The notes under the pieces are model-generated. The model saw only the letters and a program-made list of their open reading frames with translations. It searched no databases and was not told the origin of the DNA. Below, one piece after another: positions 12,746 to 24,367 of a stretch of DNA of 64,000 nt. Position 1 is the stretch's first letter. Each line of letters begins with the position of its first letter. This DNA comes from Psilocybe cubensis (Eukaryota). A program made the translations under genes and the position numbers. The stretch lies in the NCBI GenBank assembly GCA_017499595.2, contig CM039008.1, forward strand, positions 806,001 to 870,000. Reading direction: 5' to 3'.

Positions 12746-13073
12746 ATAACGACAATCACTTTTCAGCTTGCTAGCGAAATTTATGAATAGCAATCAGTGC
12801 TGGGTAACGATTATTAATGAAAGCTACGAATAGTAATTAGACGTGTTATACGAATAGTAATCATGTACTGTAACGAGTTACGAACTAATGACATTCGCGA
12901 AGACTTTGGTGCTTATTACTTGCCTTTGCAGACTAGAAATCTGATAGAAAGAATTCGAATAGAAAAGGCTTAGATGAATATATTTTCCAAAATCCAGCAT
13001 ATTACATAGTCCGCATATCGAGGTACAGTATATTTACATAAAGGAAGGTGATGAATTGAAGATGGAGAATTCT

Positions 13074-13737
13074 TTACTGCCAAGCGTTGGGATAACCCTA
13101 GATATCTCTGTGTCAGTGACACCGAGGAAACGTATTGGCAAATGTAAACTCACAGCTTCTCTGCAATATCTCGAAGCGCTGTTCCAGGAGTTCTGGTATT
13201 CATCTCCGGAGCAGTACTGTCCAAAGCAGGACCTAGTATCTGTGATCCATTGGTTGTTGGCACAGAGGCAGCGATAATCAAACGGTGAACATTCGTAGTT
13301 GTTTCTGAAGCAGTTATCTGAGGAGCATTCTGATATAGAGATATGTGAGTCAAAACACTTTGATTGTGAGAGGGAGAAAACGTACGTGGCCAGGTATTGC
13401 CATTGCCAAAACCACCACCATTACCATAACCGCCACCATTGTTACCATTGTTTGGACCACCATTATTGCCATTCCCGAAGCCGCCGTTTCCGCCGTTGGG
13501 ACCACCGCCGCCACCGTACCCGCCACCGTTGTTACCAACTCCATTTCCTCCACCGTACCCTCCGCGGTTACCACCTCCTCCATTGTTGTTACCCCCACCA
13601 TATCCCCCATTGTTCCCACCTCCGTTGCCCCCATTGTTGCCACCGCCGTTTCCATCACGAGCATCGACAGATACGGCAGAGGCAGAGGCAGAGATGATAG
13701 CAGCCAAAACAGTGACAGAGAGCGTTGCAAAATGCAT
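13074..13737 (-). CDS. Small secreted protein (183 aa): signal peptide + Gly/Asn-rich repeat region + C-terminal CFEM domain
   Basis: Exons 13737-13386, 13329-13154 and 13097-13074 give MHFATLSVTVLAAIISASASA...DAR-DGNGGGNNGG...WPQCSSDNCFRNNYECSPFDYRCLCANNQWITDTRSCFGQYCSGDEYQNSWNSASRYCREAGYPNAWQ*. The 8 Cys fit CFEM spacing (PxC..C..C-x3-D-x2-CxC-x11-C-x4-C-x15-C). Confidence 0.85.
13395..13655 (-). repeat. Coding low-complexity repeat (GGN/AAY codons; GGGNNGG and GYGGG units)
   Basis: Imperfect tandem CCACC/CCATTGTT units on the + strand, encoding the Gly/Asn-rich segment of the CFEM gene. Confidence 0.85.
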
Positions 13738-15534
13738 GATGAGTGAGCTGTCGAGTAGTATTGTGTAGTGCAACTTGTGAGAAGTGATTGTTTAGAGGTG
13801 GGACGGCTGGAAATAACATTTCATGGAAGATTTTATACCTGGCGAACGTTAGGAGAATAATTTAGAAAGGAGGGTGATTGGAACATAGACGTCCTAGAAG
13901 ATAGTGTATTTGCCATTGAACCAGACTGCATGACGCAATATCAATAGGAGAATTGAGGCAGAGTAGCTCGATTCAAAATCGGTCTCGACGGTTGAGTACG
14001 CCTGTCTCTGTGTCACAACGTCATGAAGTGTAGCAAGTTGTTATATAGGAGGTTTGATCTTTATGCTTGAGGGCCGAGGTAGTCAAGGGGCCTATTTGCA
14101 CTGTTTTTGGTCTCCTAGTTCCAAATCCTGTGTTGAGGATGTGACAATGGTTCAGACAGACCCAGCCGCTAGCGCGCGCCGTGATTATAGACTCCACGGA
14201 TATGGCCGAGCGTTTTCCCAATTGACCACGATGTCCGAAATACTACAAAATCATAGGAAGGATACAAAGATATGCTGAAGTTCGTTGCGTTGGGCATGTA
14301 GTACGATTAATATGGTAGCCCGTTCAATTAGTCATTGTCTGAGGATAAATGACGTGAAGCCATCATGGTGCCCGAAGTGTATTTGTGCAATGCAAGGGCT
14401 GGGCACGACTTGTTCAATGATGTGTAATAGGTCTGCTGCTGAATGACATAACCCAGGTCTTCTGTGTACAAGAGGGAGAACTGGAAAAAGAGCATAAAGA
14501 GGGCGCTATAATCAACCTCAATGCGCCTGGGCATGTTTGGAATCAACCAGAGAATGTCCCGCCGATCGACAATGAGAAGGGCATATGAGTAACTCGATTG
14601 GTGCACCCAAATCGGAAGCGCGACTTCAAAGACGATTGGCAAAACTACAAGCAGATCACTGAGAGCACTGCACACAGTACCACTCCAACGCGTTTAACAG
14701 CGATGCAGAGCCATTCGCGAACGAATCGACCTTGTTTCTACTTTCAGTCAGTGAGTAATCGAGTCGTGGCCCTATTCAGCACCAGAGAAGCAGAGAAGAC
14801 TGTCCATACACCACAAATGCTCCTTTGATTGTGGAGGCGAGTTAGGATGCGTTCCAGTGCGTCTGTGAGACCAAAACCTTCTCATGTCTACCGCTGCAAG
14901 CTTGACGCGAGAAATACTGACTAGATTCGAAGGTTCCGTCTTTTGTAGGTAGTAAATGAACTATAATCATTTAGCCTTTGAGTCACTAGAACGCTGCAAT
15001 GCCTGCACTAGCCGCATAGAGTCCCAGTAGAGTCCTAAGAATCAACAGTCCAAGAAAATCTTGAATTACGGCGAGTAAAAAGGTTTCTGGTCAAGAGTTT
15101 GAAGAAGTCGATGGATTATGTGTTATTGGAGATGATCGAGTCGCTGGGAGATGGTGGTCAGTGATCAAGGGGCGGCGCTACTCCTGCCCTTTGTTTTATG
15201 GACACGTGAAATGGCACAGAATTACTGACACGTGGTACTTGTTCTTCGACAACCAGTTTCCATTTAGTTTTCATAGTAGGCAAGCCTGAAGAAAGCAACT
15301 CCCCGGCTTCAAATATCTCCGATCAGATTATTGGACTGCTGCATTCAATAAACAAGTATGTACGAATATATCCTGAGGATAAAATCATCAAGTAGATATT
15401 ATTTCCGTTAGATAAATCCCAATTGCAACCAATTTGGCGGATAAAATACCCTGTGCGGCATAGATCTACCACTGTGGAAGGTTGTTGAGCTAAGCTAAGT
15501 TCAGTGCATAATTGAATCATCACCTTCTAAACCA

Positions 15535-16236
15535 TCAAGCCGATATTGGATGCCTCCATTTGAGTTCGTGTCCATTGGCCATTGTAGGCTCAAGGAATCC
15601 GCGAAATATCCATGGCCGTTTATCTTCTCCTTCACAAGGAGATTGATCCTGAGACCATCGCATTCCATACCCTTCCTCAACCCTCACTTCATATACTAGT
15701 ATCTGATGCGGGAGCCAGTGCAGATTTCTCCAAGTTGCGTTATCCATGACCTTCCTGAATAATGCGAGGGATTTCTCATTGATAGAAGAAACTGGACCTG
15801 AAGCAGTCCCCCACCACCCTGAGCTGCGTTTGCGCTTATCTGTCTCAGAGTCATCTGATGGTGGTGGCTGAGACCGATGTGAATGCTTTGACCAGGCACG
15901 CGATCCTGCTGTGAGCCCGGCGCTGTTTGGGACGAGATAAGCTGCTAGACAGGTGTCAAGCGAGGGCGGAGTGGATCCCAATGCTGAACCCGTGGTGTAG
16001 GCCAAGCCATGGGCGAGATGTAGAAACAATGGGCTATCTGTATCTTCCAAGTCATCAATCGCTAAATTTGACGAATCTAAATCTCCATCTGCGAGATGTG
16101 TTTTGCCCAAAGCCTTTGCAACGCGAGCACGCAGTTTTGAAGCCTCAGGCAGTTCTTCAAGCCCAAAGCAATGAGGATCGTTAAGAAAAGAAAGATCTGA
16201 GGAGCTATTCTGTTCAATCTTATCAAGCTGATCCAT
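15535..16236 (-). CDS. Intronless 233-aa conserved hypothetical protein, resembling the C-terminal domain of ASCH-domain proteins (possible nuclease/toxin-like fold)
   Basis: Single uninterrupted ORF with motifs GLTAGSRAWSKHSHR, GWWG, WRNLHWLP, YEVRVEEGYGMRWS and FRGFLEP...GHELKWRH. The resemblance is recalled from plant ASCH-protein C-termini and was not searched. Confidence 0.75.
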   Translation of the reverse strand: MDQLDKIEQNSSSDLSFLNDPHCFGLEELPEASKLRARVAKALGKTHLADGDLDSSNLAIDDLEDTDSPLFLHLAHGLAYTTGSALGSTPPSLDTCLAAYLVPNSAGLTAGSRAWSKHSHRSQPPPSDDSETDKRKRSSGWWGTASGPVSSINEKSLALFRKVMDNATWRNLHWLPHQILVYEVRVEEGYGMRWSQDQSPCEGEDKRPWIFRGFLEPTMANGHELKWRHPISA

Positions 16237-16816
16237 TCGTGGAGCTGGACATGAACTTGGAGCCCTCAGGGTTTAAAGTTAGAAAAATTTGTGATATCGA
16301 TTTGATGCAAACCGTTCAAATGTTGGTTATTGATTGTTCGGCTAAATGTTGCCGAATTCAAAGTCAGCTGTAGCTCGATGGCGGACCACTCCGCTTTGCA
16401 TTATCTTCCTTGCATTTCACGAATCCCAAATTTCTCTTTGACGGGGAATATCTTTCATGGTTCCGGTATAAATTTTGTGTTGATATCTTGTGAGTATTTC
16501 TGTTGGCTTGCGCGTAGCAGACTTTCTTGCCGAAGTGCCGCATCTTACTGAGCTATCGTTTATGGGTATTGAAACCCCGCTGACAAGATCCATGCCCGAG
16601 ATCTGCCTAACTCTTGGAGCAGGACTAAGGCTTATTGGGCACGCTTCAGTACCTTTTATTTGGTTTCAAAAATCGACGGCCTTTTCAGTTGCATTATAAG
16701 CATTTTTAAGTTTCATGTAGTAATAACGGAACAGCTTATACTACTAGATTGAAGCCGAAAGTTGATGTCATCGAATTTTGTCGGCCGCACAAGCGACATT
16801 AAATATACAGAATCAC

Positions 16817-17496
16817 TGATAAGAAATTTTTTGCGTCGTATCAGGAGATTTCAAGGACCTTAATGTGGCTTGATACGGATATTTCTTGTTGGCAGTTGCA
16901 GTCGTTCATGTCTGTCGGCCGATTTCACAACTTTAAACTCCTCTAATCTCGCGTGAAATGACTTTAAAACGAAAGATAGATCTGCGACTTTGCTTGGTTT
17001 CTTGGCCACCTGTCTGTAAAATCATTTCTTTAAGCCTGACGCGTCTGTGGCGCGCGCGTAAATTACTACCACGTGATGCGACTTTTTTGTTGACAATCCA
17101 TAGCTTTGTCAATGCATGCGAGTGAAGTCCTGGCGTCGTGCAGCATCATCATGGCGAACGGATGAACTGTCAATTCTCAACAGCCACGAGACTCCGTTGT
17201 TCCTTCCCGATACTTTTGATATGTATGAGCTTCTCTTATTTCCGGGCCCTGTAAATCACTGACTTCTGATCAAACGATCATCAGGGAATCGTTCGGGAGA
17301 CGTTGATATAATTGCTTATCTCGACTGTTGGCAACTCTTCTGCATGTTGTCTGCCACCACTTATCTTTGGTACCCGACAAGGATGGATAGAATGGGGCCG
17401 ATTATACCCCTTCCTGTGCCTAGTTTGGAAGTCTGAAGTGACATTTCCCCACATTGAGTTGTGGGACCGCTTTCGACCGACTCACGATTTCTTATC
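16817..17496. promoter_or_regulatory. Cluster of GATA elements upstream of the urea transporter (candidate nitrogen-catabolite regulation)
   Basis: TGATAA at 16817, AGATAG at 16974, CTTATC at 17315, TTATCT at 17361 and CTTATC at 17491, all within about 800 bp of the DUR3 ATG. Confidence 0.4.
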
Positions 17497-17615
17497 GTGA
17501 CTTTGACGGCCTGGGATGATGGTAATAAAAGGCCAAAAGAAGTTTAGGTCGAAAGCTCTTCGGCTCTCCTTGCACTCCAAGTGTTCTCCTGCCCTTTGCA
17601 GAGAAACATACAAAC

Positions 17616-20600
17616 ATGTCGGATGCTACAGTCCTTCCTCAAGGTGCCGGCTATGGTGTTGGTGCGTCTACGCCTGCGTTTGCTCTTTGGATAGCAATGT
17701 TGACTAGATTCCGTTAATTCAACTGAGTAGTCGTCGGTAAGTTTTCTTATTACACATGCAACGTATGTGTGCCTTAACTTACTCTTTCTCTAGGCATTGG
17801 GTTGTTTTTCAGCGCCTTCATGTTATGTATCACGGCCATCCAAGCTCGATATACCGCATTCTCGCCAAAAAACTCTGAAGAGTTTACCAGTGCTTCAAGA
17901 AGCGTCAAACCTGGATTGATCGCTTCTGGTATTGTCTCAGCATGGACATGGGCGGCTACTTTAGTATGTCATACTGCCTATTGTTCTGCGATCTTTTTCT
18001 GATTTTAGGATTCTCGCGCAGCTTCAAAGTAGTGCAGTGGCTTACAAGTTTGGTTCGTTCGGGAACTTTGGGGACTAGTGCCGTTATCCATACTGATGAT
18101 CTTCACTATTCAGGCATCAGTGGACCTTGGTGGTACGGAGGTATGAAAATGATTTCTGGCCAATGTTATATCTTCTGCTGACGCTCTCTACTTTCCTATA
18201 GCTGGTGCCACCGTTCAAATATTGCTCTTCGCCATGGTATCTGCATTCACTTTCCCAGTGTATGGAATGAATATGAATCTATTTTTACAGTTAGCCGCAA
18301 AATTGAAGCTCAATGCCCCCTATGCGCACACATGGCTTGAAATTGTTCAAGCCCGCTGGGGGAAGCTTGCTCATGGGGTGTTCATGTTCTTTGGGTAAAC
18401 CCTCTATCATCCCTCTTCCGGGAAAATTCTCTAACGAACGGACAGTCTTGCGACCAATGTCATTGTCAGCTCCATGTTGATCCTCGGAGGCTCTGCAACC
18501 GTAACCGACTTGACGGGAATGAATACGATTGCCGTAAAATCAATCTTATTTTTTCTTCTACAGCTGTCCTGATAGTAATGTCATGCAGGCATGTTTCTTG
18601 ATTCCTCTGGGAGTTGCCATTTATGTTGTAGTCGGTGGGATGCGATCCACGCTGTTGTGTGATTAGTGAGTCTTTCTATGTCATTTGTCTGAATATGTCT
18701 GATATATTACAATAGTACGCATACTGCCGTTCTGTTTGCAATCATCTTGGTCAGTCTTATTGAAATATACTCTTCCGTTATCTCATCTGAACTTTCGAAT
18801 ATTAATGGAAAAATCAACTTGCAGACTTTCATCTTTACTGTCTATGCCACGAGCGATAAAATTGGTAGTCCGATGAAGATGCACGAACTTCTCAGCGCCG
18901 CCTCAGAAGCTAATCCAGTCCCGGGGAATGCCCACGGATCGTACCTCACCATACGGTCCAAGAATGGTCTGATCTTTGGTGTCATCAACATCATCGGGAA
19001 CTTTGCCACGGTATTTCAAGACCAGGCCTACTGGCAGCGTGCTATTGCCAGTCGTCCTGCAAGCACAGTCAAGGCGTATCTTCTTGGAGGAATCGCATGG
19101 TTCGCTATCCCGTTCACGTTTGCGACAACGCTGGGACTCGCAGCTGTGGCACTGAGAGGAGATCCGGAGATGAAAGTGTTGAGCCCAGCCGATGTGTCGG
19201 CTGGATTGCCCGCTGCTGCTGCCGCCGCCGCGCTGCTTGGACAAGGGGGTGCTGCGGCCCTTTTGGTTCTTCTATTTTTGGCTGTCACGAGCGCATGCTC
19301 TGCTGAGCTCATCGCTGTGTCGTCTCTCTTAACATACGATGTTTACAAGGTATTTTTATTCCACTATTCTATTGTGCCATGACTATATTGTTCTACAGAC
19401 CTACATTAACCCCAAAGCAACTGAAGAGCAGATTCTACGCGTCGGACATGCAGGAGTGCGTATGATGCCATTGATTCATTATCTGTGTCTAACGCATGTA
19501 AAACTGTGCTACAGGTTGCATTCTATGCCCTTGTATGTGGCCTCTGCGGCTTGATCTTCTTTTACATCGGTGTATCGATGGGATGGCTCTATGTGCGTGT
19601 ACTTTCGGCATGATGCTTCTGGAGTTGCACTCAAGAGTTATGCAGACTTTCATGGGAGTCATTCTCGGGTCTGGTGTCGCGCCTATTGCTCTGTGCATCA
19701 CCTGGAGCAAAGCTAACAAGTGGGGCTGCATTGGTGGATCTATTGCTGGTTTCGTGGCTGGTATCGTTGCGTGGCTGGTTACAACCTCAACTCTGAATGA
19801 TGGTGTGATCAATGTAGTTGTAAGTAAACCTGCATTAGATCAATTACCTTTCATTGGCTAATTATGCATGCACTTCTAACAGACCAGTGGAGGTATACAT
19901 ATATCCTTCATACAGACGTGGGTTATTCGTTAACGTAATTCTATTTTAGGCGACTTTGAGATGTTGGCTGGCAATCTTGCCTCAATAGGTGTAGGAGCTA
20001 TCGTTGCAACCGTTTCATCTCTCATCGTAAGCTCTTTCGTATTTCGAGTCATTCATTGAGCTAGAGCATATCATCGCTTCCAGTGGCCTGACAACTTTGA
20101 CTGGGAAGCCACTCGGGCTATCAACAGACCTGTACCTCCTGCTGCTAAAATCGTGGACGAGAAAGGCGACGACGAAAGCGACAAGAAAGAACACGAAGTT
20201 AATGTAAAGGGTTCAGTGGCTGGAGATTCATTTGATGCTCGTGAAGAAGAGGATGAGCTTGATCCCGTTGCACTTAAGAAGGCCTTTAAATTTGCGACAT
20301 GGTCGTCACTCGGGCTGGTATGTATATTTGCAACTCGTATCATATCCTCACGCTCAAGATCTCATCCAATCTTCTTAGTTTGTGGTCCTTATATTGATTA
20401 TCCCCCTCCCATTGTTCTTCTCTCATCATATATATGGTGTCGGTGGTTTGACGGCATGGGTGTCAGTTGGTATTGCTTGGACCTTCTTGTCGGCTATTGC
20501 AGTGGTTATCTATCCCCTTTACGAAAGTCGGAGCGCTCTCACCGAAATCACCGTTGGGATCTATAAGGTGTGCCACTATTTAGTCGTTCATTTTCATCAG

Positions 20601-20692
20601 TGTTCATTGAAATTTATTCTCTTTCATAGGACCTGTTCACGAAGCAAAGTGGAAAGTATGTCGGTGCTGCTCCTCCCACTTCAGTCGCGTGA
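17616..20692 (+). CDS. DUR3: Urea active transporter (sodium:solute symporter family), many exons including micro-exons
   Basis: MSDATVLPQGAGYGVVVGIG, SEEFTSASRSVKPGLIASGIVSAWTWAATL, GNFATVFQDQAYWQRAIAS, AVTSACSAELIAVSSLLTYDVY and WPDNFDWEATR are characteristic DUR3 motifs. Confidence 0.93.
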
Positions 20693-21886
20693 AGTAGGGC
20701 ACTTTTCCATTCACCATTCCCTGGTTGTCTAATTACAACCTATCATCTTTCGACTCAGTATCAACCCTAAGCCGTTCAAAGGACACTCAGCCATCACTAG
20801 CACTTGTGGAATGGTCAACTATTCCGAAGTTCGGAACGCCATAATGGAAAATGTGGGATACACACGAAGCTTTCGAATTGATTCATGATAATGTTTATTT
20901 ACGATGTGTTTATCTTTTTTGTACGGATATAATGTCATTTGGATTGAACGCAAATGTGGGTCTCCGTTCAATGGTGCAGGTTCAGCGTTGTCTATTGTGA
21001 GGACATCTCACACTGATAATTGGCTTGAAGTAAGCATGGCTTGGCACTGCTTGGAAACGGCTTAGCTGGCGAGGAATACCTGGAACTTTGTGCCAGTCTG
21101 TAGCATGTTCGTAGGCGGATTCGATAGCAAATGTAATAACGTAAAGTGAAGGCACCTGGGTCGTAGATAAGTCTGGAGTCTGGATGTCTCTACGAACCGG
21201 GGGTTTTAGCATTGTTGAAACTTCCCCATATGCATCAGAACCATCCTGACCGGTCCATGACCCCTAAGTGTGTAATAACCTGGGGTATCATGAACAGTGT
21301 TGTTATACGGATTTTCTAGTAGTTTCATATCATGCATCGACTGTCAAACAACCTTCGAGAAATTACGCTGTAATTGTACTCGCTACTACTCATATAATAT
21401 TCATATCAAAACGATAGCTTGAACGTCCCCCTCTAAGCTCCGTCATCACATGTGTCCTCCCCTGCAATGTTTTCCAGACTCCGAGATACAGGGTAGGTAA
21501 ACCCTGACCCACAAGCATTAGACTGATTGGTATCGGTGCCATTCTGTGAGTGGAATTAAATCTGAGACTGTGATATAACCACAGAAACTTCCGATGCTTT
21601 GAATTGTGGAGATGAGACATTTTACCCCACTGCAATGAGTGTCGTTCTACCTACTCATGATGAGCACTCCCGCCGTGTTGCCGCCATGCCGAATCATAGA
21701 GGGCGGGTCATAACCTAAACGGGGATATACTCGTCATCTTGGAACGACAACGTGACTCGCCAAGCATACCAAGGGGGACCGCGACACACTTATAAAGGGC
21801 GTCCGCCTTGGCCCTCACAGCCTTTTGTCCCCGTCCCCGCTTTCTAAGCTATTTATCGCCCTTTCTCATATCTCGGGAACAGCTGA

Positions 21887-23949
21887 ATGGGAGAATCTTT
21901 CGCTTTATCTGCTCATGATGCCTCTAGCAATGTTCTTCCACAACCAACACCCACTCTTGTTGCTGAAGATGACGACGAACCCCCTAGTAGTGGGACGCCC
22001 CACAATCGGCAGGCTCAAATGACTGAAAGGTCGAACGATGTATCTACGCACTCTCAACTTAACGACCATGATATCCGCGAGAAAGATTTTGCTCGTGTCG
22101 ACAGTATCTCGGTCAAGCAGGTCGCCTCGGGGCACCATGCATCAGATCTTACAGAAGAGGCGAAGTCCAGTCGCGACATCGTTAACGTAGTTGATTTGGA
22201 GAAGGATGAGCACGCTGAAGAAGGTGCACCACGTCGGCGCCGTCGAAGGTTCAGGGTGGTGAAAATGTCTCCTACTGCACGCTTCCGGGCGCTTATTGCC
22301 TCAACTCGTTCCACCGGCCCCCAGCCTACATACCGCGCTTCTGCCATGGCGATGTTGCGATACTCTCCTCTCAATATTCTTTTGGTCTTCATTCCAGTCT
22401 CATGGGCCCTTCATCATGCTCATCAAAGTCCTACTTTGATCTTCGTTTTCTCGAGTCTGGGAATTGTACCTCTTGCTGCCTTACTTGGTCTGGGTACGGA
22501 GCAGATTGCTCTTCGAACGACTCAAAGTGTCGGAGGACTTCTTAACGCTTCGCTGGGAAATCTCATTGAGATGATCATTTCTGGCATCGCTCTCAAACAG
22601 GTCCGTTAACACTTTTGTTTGGTTTGATATTTATCCTCATGCGCCTACTCTCAGTGTGAATTAGAAGTTGTTCAAAGCACACTGCTGGGCGGCCTGCTAA
22701 GCAATTTATTGCTTGTTCTGGGAATGGCCTTTGTTGGTACGAGAATCGCTTTGATTATTTGACGCATCATTAATCTATATGTTCTAGTCGGAGGCTTCCG
22801 TTTCCATCACCAACAGTTCCATCCTATGGTTGCGCAGCTTAACTCCTCTTTGCTAATAGTTTCAGTCATTTCGTTGACTATCCCGGCTGCCTTTGTGAGT
22901 CTCTGAAACGCTTTTCATTATGCATTGCTCATGCTTTCTTTTCGTAGCATCAATATCTTGAGAATCGACTTCCCTCTGGAACCGAACTCGACATAATTTT
23001 GGAACTAAGTCGCGTCAGCGCTATCATCTTGATATTAATGTTAGTGTTTGCCTTTTTCATTTTTTATAATCGTCTGATTTTGTCCATTCTTCCTCTCTCT
23101 AGCTATATCGCTTACTTGTTCTTCCAATTCTACTCGCACAACCATTTGTTCAAGGACACCATCCAAGAATACAGTGTATCTACCGGTTCTAGCACTTCTT
23201 CCAGTCGTAGCCGACGTTCCACAACACCTACCCTCCCCCTTCCTTCCATCGCCCCTTCCTCGGCATCAACAGCATCTATCACGTCGTCAACATCTTCGGA
23301 AGAAGAAGTCCAGAAAGTCAACACCGTCTCGGCGCTTATCCTTCTGGTCACCGTTACCGCCCTTGCATATGTGACTGCCGAATATCTAGTGGAATCACTA
23401 GAAGGTCTTGTCGCTGCGCATCCCTCCGTATCCAAAGAGTGGATCACACTTATCATCATTCCCATTATCGGCAATGCTGCTGAACACACCACAGCCGTTA
23501 TCGTCGCTAGTAAAGGCAAATTCGATTTGGCGATGAGTGTTGCTGTTGGCAGTTGTATCCAGATTGCACTATTTGTCATCCCTGTTTTGATTCTTGTCGC
23601 TTGGGGTATGGATAAACCGCTCACGCTTCTCTTTGACCCACTCGAGACAGTGGTACGTATTCATTCTATTGTTTAACTGTTGGAGTTATGGGTTTACTGA
23701 GCATCATATTAGGTGTTATTCTTATCTGTCTTGCTCGTCAAATTTTCCGTGGAAGATGGAAAATCGCATTGGATGAGTGGTATTGTTCTCATTGGTTAGT
23801 ACTATCATGCACCACTGCGTGTCATCCAACATAATCTAATCAAAACCTTTCCCTTAGCCGTATACGTGCTCATCGCAGTTGCATTTTGGCACTTCCCCGG
23901 TGACACCGTCAGGATTATCCAAGGTCAAGTTATCCAATGCTTCAAATAA
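21887..23949 (+). CDS. Ca2+/H+ exchanger (CAX/VCX1-like, CaCA superfamily)
   Basis: LNILLVFIPVSW, VGGLLNASLGNLIE (alpha-1 repeat), LLGGLLSNLLLVLGMAF, IIGNAAEH (alpha-2 repeat), VAVGSCIQIALFV and DGKSHWMSG. Confidence 0.92.
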
Positions 23950-24367
23950 GGCCGTCCGCCTTAAATATGGGAGAAATTGCCCAAACGTTTTTGCTATCAT
24001 GAATCGGCTGTTCCATCACCATTTCTATCATGATTATTTTACATTTGATGTTTCGTTTTCATTTGTCAATTTTCCCTTTATCCATCTTCCATCTTCTATG
24101 CCTACATCTGCCTACTCTACGAATACTGTACGATGATTTTAACGTTCGATGAAATGATGAAATATCGACATTATCTTTGTTAACTTGGGTATCTGGAACT
24201 TCAGAACAGATCCGTTCACAGAATTCAATACCGCCGACCGTGGCTCTATCAGCACAGCCACATTTAGACATCTAATCACCAATTGCGACAGGGGTACAAC
24301 TTAGGACGAATGAACTGACACTTCTGAACGTCGTCAGGAACAGTGACATTATCTTTTTAAGTTACAT

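Noticed and set aside
12781..12890. Three or four copies of a (C)GAATAG(T/C)AAT motif after the P450 stop
   Set aside because: Short, irregularly spaced and AT-rich 3' UTR sequence; not a CRISPR-like or structured array.
13439..13768. Pro-rich extensin-like ORF and His-rich ORF on the + strand
   Set aside because: These are antisense shadows of the Gly/Asn-rich CFEM gene, which has the signal peptide and valid splice sites.
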